64,000 nucleotides of DNA from Tubiluchus corallicola (Eukaryota > Animalia > Priapulida). Within the stretch, counting starts at the first letter, position 1. Each line of letters begins with the position of its first letter. The stretch is from positions 62,001 through 126,000 of the forward strand of contig JAQGDQ010000120.1 of assembly GCA_030141605.1 (NCBI GenBank), written 5' to 3'. Positions 1 to 40,200 of this stretch are shown piece by piece. The translations under genes were made by a program, and so were the position numbers. The notes under the pieces were generated by a model. It ran no database searches and had not been told where the DNA came from. It worked only from the letters and a program-made list of their open reading frames with translations.

Positions 1-369
1 TTGTCTTAGGGAAGATGTTCAGGTATCAAACTATGGTTATTCATGCAATGCTGTGCACCTAGTTGCATCTGGCCGAGTTTGAGAGTAGCGGAAAAGTGGC
101 CAAAATCCACATTGTGGTCAGGTTCCTCCTAATGACTCCGAGTATTGTTGTTTTGTGCGTGATGTAAATGATGTGTGTTGTGAGGGGGGCTATGGCAAGT
201 TTGTAGTTCTTTTAATTCTAGAAGAAATATTTTATGTGCATTTCATTGTCATTGTGCTGTTACTTGATAATTAGGTTTGGTTGCTTTATTTTTATATTTT
301 TCTGTATTTAAAGCTGATGTAATTTCTCTGATATAACTGATCCTAATAAAAAAGCAGTAGAAAAGCTGT

Positions 370-540
370 AATTACAGTTGCCCCAGTGAAGTGGACAACT
401 AGAATTGGTTAGAATTGGTTCTGTTTGCTTGTCCGTTCGTACTTCTATCTGTCACCGCTTTTTCTCAGCTGTGGAATAAAGTAGGAAGTTGACACTCAGG
501 AGAGGTTTTTTCTCTGCTACTGTGTGATTTCATTGACTTG
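370..540 (+). mobile_element. Helentron/DINE-1-like non-autonomous element fragment (copy 1)
   Basis: 5' hairpin GTTGCCCC-AGTGAAG-TGGACAAC followed by a GTCC/CTGT-type degenerate microsatellite. Shares blocks with 46155-46530 (ccccagtgaagtggacaacta vs cccaacgaagtgggcaacta; ttttctcagctgtggaataa vs ttttctcggctgtggagtaa). Confidence 0.55.
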
Positions 541-616
541 TTTAGTGACGTGTCTTATCTGATATTTCAATTGTCTGTCATTTTATTGAGTGAAAACATA
601 TTTTTTCTTATTCTAG

Positions 617-28314
<27,698 letters not shown>

Positions 28315-29350
28315 TCATGTTATAGAAGTTTATGTGCATTGTATATAGTATTCATAATGTGTGAAAGTGATATCAGTGGCCCTTGGAGAGACATTCACAT
28401 CTGAACTGTAAATAGCCAGTACTTGCAGTGTTTGAAATAATCTTAATGCACTGTAACATAATTTGCTATTTCATAATGCAGTTACTGCATGTCTTTGGCT
28501 TGGATAAATGCAGGCTGTAGCATTGTGAACCATAGTAGCAAAATTGTGTAATTTAATGTTACTGTTGTTGACATGCTGCTTCGTGAACATCATTGAAAGA
28601 TACACAAGCAGGCCACTGTGTGCAGGTCATCATTGTTCACCTGCCTTTTGTGGTCAAGTTTTTTTTTCTCTTAACCATGTTTCTGTCAGAAAAGCTTGCA
28701 GTAGACTGAATTGAGGGTTAGAGGGTTGATGTTACTAATAAGCCAGATGCTATAACAGTTGTAAACCTATAGTCACAATGCAGCACAGTCTCGTTCATCT
28801 TATCCTACTCTAATTCTTTAAACTTCTTTTCTGTGATAGACCATCCATCTGAATCAAAACTGTTGTGTTAAATAACTGTAATCTAGCTTTTGATGAAAGA
28901 AATTTATCAAGTGTGCAGCCCCCCCCCCCCCCACATATAGCAATGTGCACTTTGATTACTGTGTATAGTACCATGCAAGGATTTTTAATTTACAACTATT
29001 TTTTATTTAGGTATATATGATAACTGTGTAATTGGTGGGCTTTGTTATTAATATTAAACTTTGGATATGTAAAAATTCACCATGCAAATTCTTGAATGTT
29101 TTTTCAAGAGCCAATGAAGCAAACAATTTTGCTGAGACTAGTGCTATTGTCAACCCACCTTTTCAGTAGCTATATAAAATCTGTGCAGCATGTTAAAGGT
29201 AACATAGCTATTCTGTATTAAAAGTTCTTACAGTTTTTGGCTCCTTACTTTCCAAAAGTCAGTTGTAATTAGCCCAAAAAGTATTATTTGGAGTAGCTGA
29301 CAGTCTTACCATAACACTTCTTTGCTCTCACTTTCTCATTGCAAGTGATA

Positions 29351-29393
29351 AATAAAGAACAATAACTCAATATTCTCTCGTTTTATTTTTATT
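29351..29393. terminator. Back-to-back polyadenylation signals for HTT (+) and NOP14 (-)
   Basis: AATAAA on + at 29351-29356; TTTATT (AATAAA on -) at ~29382-29393. Confidence 0.5.
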
Positions 29394-29793
29394 TTGTTTT
29401 TACAAGAAAAAATTTCAATACTTTATAGTTCATGGTTTCGCTAAAAGCATACAATTTTGTACTTCGATGCAAAAATGAATAAAATTTTGAGCACAGCATG
29501 TCTTTTGCTGATTACGTCGTGATTATATTGGAGCAGAAATATATTCATCAACAGTTAATGCAGAAAAATACATCACAATTTTTTTGGCAAAAGCACTGAA
29601 CTGCAAAGTAAAAGAAAATAGGGCATTTATTTTAGTCATTCTGTTGGCTGCTGATACAGACACATAGATTTATCTTGTTTGCAAAAAATCAGCACCACCA
29701 ATAATTTGAATGCATGTTTTAAAATTCAACAATGGTTAACTGTATAGACTACAAGAACACGTATAATGTACACAGAATATGGATGCAATATAT

Positions 29794-32478
29794 TCACGCT
29801 TTCTTCTTCTTGCGAAGCAGCGCTTTGTAGTCCCCTTCTTGATTAGAAAGCATAGCATACAATCGTTTCACCTTTGTTTGTCTTTCCTTATCTTTTTCTA
29901 TCTGTTCTTTGATTCTTTCACGGGCCAGAAATTGAGCATCCTTACGTACCTCCCGCATGGCTCCCTTCTTTTCACGTTTCAGTTTGTGCAACAAACGCTG
30001 TTGTTCATTTTGTTCTTTTGTCCCTTTCCTCTTTTTTCTACCATCAAAATTTTCCTCTATTAACGGCTCATAGAGTTTCAGCGGTTCTGGTTTATTGGAA
30101 GCCAATGAGAGAAATAATCGTGTAGCCCCACTTTTCTGTTCAATTCTTTCAGTAAACTTGTTTTTCAGCTGTTTAACAACGTCTGGGTAGTGATGCCATG
30201 GTATTTTTAATGCTATTTTAAGACAAGGTGCAAAAGCCTCTTGAATGACTGGTTGTTTGTCATACAGTACACAAAAATTATTCAACAAGTTTAAAGAAAA
30301 ACACATAACCTTAGTTTTCTGCTTCTCAGTAAACTGATCTGATGATACACATGCACAATCAACCACTGAGATTTTGGTAATGTCACTATCCGAATCGTCT
30401 TCTGACTTTAACAGCAAATTTATTTTTTCTCCAACTGGTTTAAATGGCGGAAAAACTTTACAAATCTCACCATTTTTATCTGCTGCATAAAACAACATAC
30501 CGTGCAGAAAGTTTAGGACTTCTGGCACAAAACGTTTTGACACCAACACGTATTTCAAAAAGAGACCACATAAATATAATCCAGTCAATACTGCCTTCGG
30601 TGTCACATATATGTTAAGGCTTAACGCTTGTGCTATATAGAGTAATGCAGGTGTAACAATGGGATGTTGAAAATCAGATGCAGGATACAACAATGGAACT
30701 ATTCTCAACAAAATCAGCATGCCGACAGTCGGAAGTTTAGATTGTGACTTTGAGGGGCCTTCTAGCTGTTTCTGTTGCTCTCTAATCATATGCTGCATTA
30801 CCCGACTGGCTTCTATGGGATTTACATGGGCCAGTTCGTGCAAATGAGACACTAATCTGTCAACTAACTGGATATGTGAGTTCAAGCAAGCATGTGACTC
30901 GGTATTACAACAATACCGTAGTATGATAGTAAACAAAGTCAATAATTTCTTTTTGTTCCCAGCTGCTAAACTGTGATGAGTGCATTTTCGTATCCTCTCC
31001 ACTATTGTGACTATATTGTCTGCGGATTGAGTGCTTATCAGGCTTAGGAACTCCTCATATGTTTCTGGAGCAGAAAATGTATAAGGAAGTTCACTTTTTG
31101 CTTCTTCAATGATCTTTTCTAATTTTTTGCTGTCAACAGCATTTTGTTGAGCTAAGAGTATTGTGCCATCATCATGTAATTCCTCCTCTGATACAATATC
31201 AGAAAAATTATCAGACTCTTCTCCGTCGTCTTCATTATCATCATTCCCGTCCATGATCTCATCACTGTCATCATCTTCATGAAGGTAATTAACGTCATCA
31301 TTGTCTTCCTCTGAGTTCTCTGGTTCATTTGTCGCAGAGATATCGCTATCTGATTCAACACTTTTTTCTTCAGAATTTTTGCTCTCTTCTTTTTTGCCAC
31401 TGTCATGGACATCAGAAATACCTTTTACATCTTGAAATGTAACTCTTTTTGAAATCTTGGTTTTTTTGAGGATCTGATTCATTAAAACTCCATCTTTGTA
31501 AGTTAGCATAATTTTGTCAGGTTTTTTTGAGACAAAACTATCCGTCAAATCATCGGCTGATACATGCGGCTGTTTTTGCTCCATTTCTTCTGCAGTAATA
31601 CCTTTCATTCTTCGGATTCTGTCTACTTCTAGCTTTTCTAGCTTTTCCTTCTCTTCTTTAGCGATTTCTTCTGCTGTCTTCAGCCTATCAGTTGGATTGG
31701 CCTTTATCTCAAATTGAAGCTGTCTCACAGTAATATCAAAATCATCCACATCAGATTTTTTCTCTTGTTTTTCCATACTTCCCTTTTTAGACATTGACAG
31801 CAGTCCGACAACACTTTTCAATTGCTCATCCAATCTTTCTGTCATTTCCTGTGCTGAATCTTTTTCAGACTGAAGATCATATTTTCTCTTTTTTGTCATG
31901 GCTATAAGCTCGTCGAGTAGTTCTTTTCGAGATCTAGCTGCATTCTCTAATGGTTCTTCTTCTGCTACCATGCCTCCACCGAAATGAACCTTTGCTGTAT
32001 ACTCCTCATCCAGTTTACCATCAATGTCTTCGTTATCACTTTCGTCGGATTTCTCAAATTTCTCTATACTAGACAGTGACTGACCATAGTGGGTTAGGTC
32101 CTCTCCCTCATCTAGTTTAAATAGAGAACTTTTCTCATGATGGCGCTTTCTTTCCATGGCGAATCTCTTCATCAATTTGTCTTCTTCACTTAGATTTGGA
32201 TCGTACTCACCAAGACGTTTGTCAGCAAATTTGTTGGTCCTACCAAATCTTTTGTACTCAACCAACAGAGTTTGGTTCCGTTTCTTAAGTGCATTTGCTC
32301 GCGAAACACCAGGTAAACCGCAATCATGTTTTGATTTTTGGCCCAAGACATTGTGCTTTCTGCGATTGAAATGTATTTCAAATGGGTTCATTTTTGATGC
32401 AGTATCTTTCTTGGCCTGCTGAATTTTATCAGACAGTCCCAGCTTCTTTGTTTTCTTTTTTTTCTTCTGTTTTCCCAT
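29794..32478 (-). CDS. NOP14: Nucleolar protein 14 (SSU processome), 894 aa, single coding exon
   Basis: Uninterrupted ORF with MNPFEIHFNRRKHNVLG, NKFADKRLGE, LTHYGQSL, YPASDFQHPIVTP, SKRFVPEVLNFL and KREKKGAMREVRKD, all Nop14 hallmarks. 5'UTR acceptor at 32499-32500. Confidence 0.97.
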   Translation of the reverse strand: MGKQKKKKKTKKLGLSDKIQQAKKDTASKMNPFEIHFNRRKHNVLGQKSKHDCGLPGVSRANALKKRNQTLLVEYKRFGRTNKFADKRLGEYDPNLSEEDKLMKRFAMERKRHHEKSSLFKLDEGEDLTHYGQSLSSIEKFEKSDESDNEDIDGKLDEEYTAKVHFGGGMVAEEEPLENAARSRKELLDELIAMTKKRKYDLQSEKDSAQEMTERLDEQLKSVVGLLSMSKKGSMEKQEKKSDVDDFDITVRQLQFEIKANPTDRLKTAEEIAKEEKEKLEKLEVDRIRRMKGITAEEMEQKQPHVSADDLTDSFVSKKPDKIMLTYKDGVLMNQILKKTKISKRVTFQDVKGISDVHDSGKKEESKNSEEKSVESDSDISATNEPENSEEDNDDVNYLHEDDDSDEIMDGNDDNEDDGEESDNFSDIVSEEELHDDGTILLAQQNAVDSKKLEKIIEEAKSELPYTFSAPETYEEFLSLISTQSADNIVTIVERIRKCTHHSLAAGNKKKLLTLFTIILRYCCNTESHACLNSHIQLVDRLVSHLHELAHVNPIEASRVMQHMIREQQKQLEGPSKSQSKLPTVGMLILLRIVPLLYPASDFQHPIVTPALLYIAQALSLNIYVTPKAVLTGLYLCGLFLKYVLVSKRFVPEVLNFLHGMLFYAADKNGEICKVFPPFKPVGEKINLLLKSEDDSDSDITKISVVDCACVSSDQFTEKQKTKVMCFSLNLLNNFCVLYDKQPVIQEAFAPCLKIALKIPWHHYPDVVKQLKNKFTERIEQKSGATRLFLSLASNKPEPLKLYEPLIEENFDGRKKRKGTKEQNEQQRLLHKLKREKKGAMREVRKDAQFLARERIKEQIEKDKERQTKVKRLYAMLSNQEGDYKALLRKKKKA

Positions 32479-32648
32479 CTTGATAAAAAGTTACCTTCCT
32501 GCAAAAGAAGGAAATTTTAAAGATGAATAAGTAGTGGCAGACATACACTGAAACTAGTGAAGTTAATAAATTTAATTTGGGTCCCAGATTACTCTTTTTT
32601 TAAATTGGCAAATTTTCAATTCTTGCAGCACTGCTAGGATGTATTTCA

Positions 32649-33201
32649 CATCTGACGCAAAATACAGTTCACAGTAGGAAAGGTACTAGGCTTAGTGGCC
32701 TACTAACTACAAATGTTTTTCTGGCATAAATCGTCACTGCTTGTGTACCATGTATATCAGCTTTACAGACGTAAAGTTAGTGGTCAATGTGAATTTTCTG
32801 GTTCATTTCTGGTAAGTTTAAATTTATTTAAATTTAAACTTACAAGCAAAGCAGTTGTGATCATATATATATATATATATATATGTGTATGATCACAGTG
32901 CTTTGCTGGTAAGTTTATATATATTTAACATAATTGCAAAGCTACAGTTTAGTGTAGGGCCTATAATACTAATACTATAGTATTAATGAACAGTACTCAG
33001 CACAGTTAGATGCAGTAGAAGAAAGAAACAGGTGGATATCACTATCAAGTAAAATGAACAAGAAAACTCACATTGACCACTAACTGAGACGTAAAGCTGA
33101 TATACATGGCACACAAGCACTGCCGATTTATGCCAGGCTAAAGATACCAAGCCTGCTGCCTAGTCTTTTTCTTTCAGTGAAGTGTATTTTTGAGATAGAT
33201 G
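32649..33201. repeat. Nested fold-back (inverted repeat) element in the NOP14 5'UTR intron
   Basis: Outer arms ~32649-32808 / 33052-33201 (e.g. ctggcataaatcg...tatatcagcttta...agttagtggtcaatgtga against its reverse complement). Inner hairpin 32835-32917 is centred on a (TA)n tract. Confidence 0.85.
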
Positions 33202-33944
33202 CTGCTTACGACAAAAATTTAACTTTTTTGCAACACAGTGAACAATTAAGAATTTGAAAAATTGTAAGATAAATAAATCGTGACGTAACAGCTATTAGAA
33301 ATAATAATAATAATAACGCATTTTCCCTAGTTTATTTTCTTAGTCCTCGTGTCATATTCAATCAATAACAGAAACCCTCTGTACTTTGAATAGTATGATT
33401 TTTTGAAGATTTCCCCCAATTCTACGACAAAAACAGTTAGACGGCTCAGTAAAAGTAGGAACTATCAAAACTGTTGTGTTGTTTGCGCTTGAATCAGTTG
33501 CTGCTGAGAAGGCTCAAGTACTTCACGTTTGCCATTTTTAGCAAAATTATTATAAGGTTGTAACATTAAAGTTAATGTGTAAACAATTCACTACGAGGGG
33601 GGATGTTCACGCTTGCGCGACACTGTACCACCGTCGGGCTGCCTATCTTCTTGCCATCATTGCAGTTATGTACCACAGCGGTGCCACCGGTACGCGATGA
33701 GGTAGTACAAAGCGAATGCCGCAGTCAACCAGGTGCCGAGCAAGTGCAAACTTTGTACTGCAGTAATTTAGGCAGCAGCTTGAGACCATGATCATTCGTT
33801 TTTAGATTGAGGGTTGTTTAACGATTTCTATTGCTCCAATGAAGCTCCAGCACTGCCAGCCAGTTTGCATTTGCTAGTTAATGCAAAAGGAACATGACCA
33901 TAATTACCAGTACATTTTCTTTTAAAAAATAAATTACAGCTTAC

Positions 33945-34230
33945 TTATAGCTTCCAGCATGCTTTTTACCCCTCCGATCTTCTCTGGATGCTTTATTTAT
34001 TTTGAATTTTCCAGTAGGTGGTGGCGCTAATGATACGCACCGGATGATAGTATCAGTATGTTCGTCTTTGCACAATGAATATTGTCGGGTTTCCTCAAAA
34101 AATCCAAGCAATCTTGAACATGACTGAGTATAATACAGCAAGTTCTTATGGAAGAGATTAATTGAGCAATTGTAATTTGACTGTTATCGTACAACAGTGG
34201 CCCCAATCAATTTGATTTTAACCTTTCAGA
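33945..34230. promoter_or_regulatory. Probable bidirectional promoter region for NOP14 and GDAP2
   Basis: Minus-strand donor GTAAGC at 33944-33939 implies NOP14 exon 1 lies just above it; plus-strand acceptor TTTCAG at ~34229 precedes the GDAP2 ATG; the genes are head-to-head. Confidence 0.55.
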
Positions 34231-34248
34231 GCCAAACTTTGGTGCAGC

Positions 34249-37200
34249 ATGGCTACGGGAGAAGTGATAGATGCACTTGGAGTCGCCTCGGAAGTAGTTG
34301 ATGTAGATGCGCTTGAACGATGGAACATGATTTCTGTTCCAAATTATGATGTCTCTGAGTTTGGTGGAGCTGCCACAGGTTCTCCGTTCTTGTTTAGTGA
34401 AGAGATAAATGCTAAAGTTTGTTTATGGTAGATTTATTTTGTTGTTGTTGATGTTGTTATTTTAAGTTTGTCATTTTTACGTGTGTAAAACTTCTCCAGT
34501 ATTTCTCTAAGTTTTTTGACCTGTAAAAACCATTCTAATCCATCCTTTCATTGGTTTTTTGGAAAATTTGCAGTTTGTTTGACACACATTCAATGCTAAC
34601 TGATCACCTAAGTTACATATGCCTGATGTTATCTGTGCATATATTTAAAATCCCTAGCAACTTGCAAATATATATCTTTATAAAACACTACATACAAGTG
34701 TACATTAACAACAGTTTTGTAGGGATCTAAATTCTCTACAAGCACTGAACAAAAGAAAAATATTAATAGTATGTCGACATTGTATGATTTTTAATTTCGT
34801 AGTTTGTCTTGCTTCTACATTTCAGCAAAAATGTGAGCAAAAAGCAAAAATTGCAAAAACTGACTGAAAACATGCAAATGACAGAATATATTATCAGTGA
34901 TGCCTCACCACAATACAGAATTCATAAGCCACTCTTGTCTTTTAAAACAAAACATTATCCTTTTCTGACAGCATTCTATTTGTTTTGTGCAAAATTTGAT
35001 TTATAGAAAAACAAAAACAGGAAACTGTGTAAATGTATTTTAGGAAGGGCGATTTGTCTCTGCTCAGCTCACAAGCAATAACCTGCACCACAAATGAATC
35101 TTTCACAGAGCGAAACAAACTCTTGGACAAAGTTTACTTACGTGCTGGGCCGAAATTGAAGGAGGAGTGCCGAACTAATCTCAGGGGTATTTGCTCACAT
35201 CTTTTATTTTTATGACAATTTTACTTCTCAGTAACCTTGGAATATTTCAACTAATTTTGAATTGAGATCAGTTTTCTGTAAAAGGCCAAGGTAAATTTTC
35301 CGGTTAAATGATTTTTGTGTTTTTGTAGCAAATAGCAATTGTATAGTTGTACTTTATCAAAAGAAAAGTGATGATAAATATTTGACACTTACATGCAGTT
35401 TGTCCATTAAGTTGCAGCTAGTATTGATTTAAGCTACATACACGTAGCCTAACATTTGTAAAAAACAAGCTACACACAATTCTGATGTAAGTCTATTTAA
35501 CAGTTTCTCAGTATTATATACTTGATAGCTGTATTTGATCTTTTCATAGTTTGCAGAACAGGAGATGCAAAAATTACTGAAGGATTTAACCTCGCTGCAA
35601 GATATGTCATTTTCACTGTGGGACCTAGGTATAATGTTCGATATAGGACAGCTGCAGAGAGTGCGTTGTACAGCTGCTACAGAAATGTGCTGCAGTTAGT
35701 AAGGTGACAATAGTTGCATCCATGCTTTTCTGTATATTGATCATATCAATAAACAAGCTAAGAAAATGTGAATGTAACTCGAAATCACTTGAGTAATGTT
35801 TCAGCTACCCAGGTTGTTTTCAGGCTACAAAGCATTAAGGTGACAGCGTTTTTATTTCCAGCTTAAATTTTCATGAGACAATAAGTTTGGCTATACATTA
35901 TGCTTGCAGTCGTTTTGGCATTGCTGCATATACTAATGCTATAAAGCATTGCAATGGAAACATATTGCTGATTATCACTGATGGCTCCAGCAGCAGTGTT
36001 TGCCCCTTCGTAAGTGCACAGTGAGATTCTCGACATTAAACTAGGAACACCTATTAGTTTAACTAGTATTTCTTCTATATGTCATTCTATTCCTAGTAAG
36101 GAGTTCAGGAACTAATCTTCTCTCACTAAATAGAAAGAGTTGACTAAATGCACTAAATAATTGTGAAAAAAAATGCAGTACAAGTTGTGCATTATTGAAA
36201 CGTGTATGTCTTTAGGATGTTTTCTGAAATTATAATTTTAAAAAATCAAGTTTAATGTTACACTGGCTTTCAGTGAAAATAGCATAGCATCAGTAGGAGT
36301 GTGTCCTGTGCATTCATTACGAAGAGGCTACCCACCAGCTGAAGGAGCTCACATTGCATTACGTAAGTAACTAACTAATTAACTTTATTCGCATTACGTT
36401 TTTTTGCTACGTTTTGTAACTAGTGCTTACTATTTGCACTTTTTGCTAATTATTTAATAGTTACCGTATTTTTATATGCTTCCCAAGCTTTTATTTGAAA
36501 CTAAGTCGCCAGGGTCTTTTAATACTGTTGCCACTAATGTTTATTGTTTATTTACAAAACCAATTTTTTCTAGGAACAATTAGAAGGTTTTTAGAAAGAC
36601 ATGGAGAAGGAATAGATACTATTGTCATTACAGTTACAGATGAAAATGAAGTATATTTTTTTTATTTTTTCTTCGTTGTACCTTAATTGATTTACATTTA
36701 AGCAACTATCATGCTCAAGCCCTGCAGCCAATAGGTATTAGTAAAGCCTCACTGGTTGCCACACAAACTATATATTATCTAGAATTTAGGTTTTGCATAT
36801 CTTCAATGTCTTGTTCAATCAAATTGCAAAAAATATGTGGAAGTTAGCATCACGTAATATTGTTGGCAAAGGGAGATATGGTTCATGGTTTTCAATAATT
36901 TCATTCATTGTTGTTTTAAACTGCTGCCCATTAACTCTGTTTGAGGAGGTCTTTTGGGGGTGTGTTCAGCTTCTGGTCAAATAACATAACACAAAACTCA
37001 TAGAGTAAAGAAACAATGTTTACTACAACGATAAAATTATATTGTAAACGCAATTTAACACCTTAACTCTGTATTACCTGACCTGCCATGAGCACAGCCT
37101 CACAGCGAAGTGAAAACAACATAACCCGCAAATTTAACCCACATGCGCGCTTTGTGCATGTATTACAATTTATAGAAATGATATCACCATATTATGCCAG

Positions 37201-40200
37201 TTTAAAAATCACTCACACCTGTTCCATTGTTTTTTTTAATAAAAATTCCCCATGAATTGGTTCACAGGATGAATTCCCTCTTTTATATTCCATTTTCTGA
37301 GATCAAAAATTTTTAAAGCTTTACCTTGATTTTAAAATGTTTTTATATGTATGTTTGTACCCAGGTGTCATCTTGCTAGTAACAATAACAGCTACATTCA
37401 AAATTCGTATATATGTATATATATATATACATGACTATTCCTTATTGACTAAACAGTGAAAAATATGAAATAAATAAACTTCTTTGTCCTGAACGTTTTC
37501 TTATATGTTTCAGGAAATATATCTGAATACAATGCCACTATACTTCCCCAGGAGTGAAAATGAAGCCATCTATTCAGCACAAAATCTTCCCGGGGATATT
37601 GGTAATGAAGAAGGTGAGCCTGTAGTTGCAGACAGACAAATACGTGTATCTGGAAAACCTGAATTACATGGAGACTTAGGTAATAATATCTTCTTGTACG
37701 TTTAGGAATAGATTTGTTCTTTATTTGTTCATTTTTTGTTTGTTTTTGAGATTGTGTCACTTTTCCTTCCTTACAGTTTTACCCTCTGTTCTCTCCTCTA
37801 CCTCTTCTCTTCCTAACTTCTTATCTCCTCTCCTCTTTTCTTTTCCTTTTCCTCTACTTTATCCTTCCTCTCTTTACTCTGCCCTCCCACCTTTCAGTTC
37901 ACATTTCTATTCTCTTTCCTCTTCTTCGACCTCTTTCCTTTTCTACACTTTTTCCTTCTTTGACACTCTTGTCGAAATCTATATTATTCCATTCCAGTTT
38001 ACTGGTCTGTACTTTTTATCTAATATACTTTAAATTACTATTTATTACACTTCACATCATTCTCAATTTTTCACATTACAGTGGCCGCCGCTTATTGTGG
38101 ACACCTCGGGCCAGCAGTGTATGTCCATATTAAGCGGCTGTCCATATTAAGCGAAGTGACCCATGAAGACCCTTCCCCTTCATTAAAAAAGGCAAAAAAC
38201 TGTCTGTATCAACTCGTCTCCTGTTTTATTGAAAAAAAGAAGTCAGACGAGTTTGTTTGGCAGGAAACTTTTCTCTCAACCTTGAACGGAAGGAAGTTAT
38301 CACAGTTTCGAAGCTCTCAAGGCCACGGCGAACTGACTGATGCAATGACTCACACAGGCAGCAGAGCGGGAAGCTCTTTTCAATCACGCACGCAGGCCGT
38401 GGTTGGCACGGCTGGTCACGTGCCAAGAATGTTCGCTGTCCATATTAAGCGGCGGTTGTCCATATTAACCGGCGGATTTTATTAGGGGAAAATTCCGTCC
38501 CTCGCGAGTTGTCCACAATAACCGGCTGTCCACAATAACCGTGTCCATAATAAGCGGCGGCCACTGTATTACTTTCTTTCCCAGGCAAAGTTTTTGTTAG
38601 AGAATGTTTATCTATCAGTTTTCTAGTGGCAGTTACAGCTGTTTTAGTTGCACTATTTCTACCATCCCAGATGGTTATGATATTGATCCGGATGATGACG
38701 ATGATGATGTTGATTACAAAGATCTCCTTCAAACGTCTGTGAACATTGGTGCTACATCGTTCGCCAGAATGCAATCAGATCATGATAAACAACGTCAGAA
38801 GAGACTTAATGCAAGACTTGATACTGGTGCTGTGTGGGCAGAGCAACAGTTGCGGTAAGTTAAAGACGTGTAATTAGTTATTTATTAATTGGTACCATGG
38901 GATGCTGTACCATTTAAAATCGACATCACTTGATACAAATTAAAAAAATATGTTTCGCAAATTTAGGCTGATGGTTATTTGGAAATTTGATTTAAATAGC
39001 TATGTGCCTGTTGTGATTAAGGTCTTCATTATGTTAAAGCGGGTATGTAATCTAACGAGTAATGCTCCCCAGAATTGTTTAGAAGAAATGTTTCCCTGAC
39101 ATTTTGTTCCTTCACTTCACAAAAATATATGTACTCTAAAATAACTTTATCTGAATAAAATTTGTATTATTGGCAGCTTGCAAAAGCGTGAAGCCCAATA
39201 AGTTTATTTGATAAAAGTTTTAATTGTAAAAAATTAATATATACTTTGGAAGTACCAAATTTTAGCACAGCCAACGAGGTACAATTTTGTTGTCACTGCC
39301 ATAAGTATTGCGCCTTATCTCATGTATGTACTTAAAGGCAGGTTTTAATCAAAAGCAATGTGATGGTGCATTTTTTGTGCTATCTTTCTCTGTCAACAAG
39401 TGGCACATGGTTGTTTCCAATGCACAAAAAAATAATAATGAATAAGAACCCAAGTTAATTTTTACCGATTGCACTATTCATACAACTAGAATTGAATTAT
39501 TTTGTTGATACAACTAGTTAAGATATTGGCATATTTATGATGAAAACTGACTTATTCTTTTCGTTTTAGTGCAGCAGCATTGCATCAGAAAATTTGGCAT
39601 GAAATTATATGCCAGAATTTCAAGTTTTGACTTAATGATAGCCCGATGTGTGATGATCGAGTCTCTTAGTACAATAAAGCAAATATAACTTTTCATATTT
39701 ATAATTAACATGAAAGTTTGACTGCGGTTGATAAGACCGTCAGGTAGTAACATGATTATTGATATTTCATTTATATAACAGTCAAAAATTATTCTTATAT
39801 TTTAAGTTTACAGTTACTATCTCTGTGAAATAACTAATACTGCATTTTACAGATATGATCGGTTACTACGAAGATCACGACAAGAAGATTTTACAAACTT
39901 AATAGCTAAGCACTTTTTCTACCAGTGCGGTGTTGATCGATTTGGACGACAAGTTATCGTTTGCGTTGGGAGAAACTTTAATAAACTTCTTATAGATTTT
40001 GATCGGGTATGTCAAAATATCTTGTGTATGAGAAATGTTTACTGGAAATAGTAACGAGTTAATACTCACTTTTGTATTACAAAAAATGTGATACCAACAT
40101 CAATTATGTTACCAGAATCATTTTAAACATCTTGTAATTATTTATTTAGGTGTTTTATTCTCACGTATATGCTAGTCTCTTTGAGACTGAGTCAGCTAAG

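Noticed and set aside
10-200. Possible HTT exon after the TTAG at 6-9
   Set aside because: Stops in all three frames before a usable donor, and no HTT-like peptide.
29779-32422. Small ORFs overlapping NOP14 on the opposite strand or in other frames
   Set aside because: Shadow frames of the NOP14 CDS.
38081-38485. 134-aa ORF inside GDAP2
   Set aside because: Lies entirely within a TIR-bounded MITE; no transposase motifs.
38120-38550. Short repeated units (GTCCATATTAAGCG, GTCCACAATAACCG) resembling an array
   Set aside because: Subterminal repeats of a pogo-like MITE; no regular spacers and a eukaryotic context, so not CRISPR.
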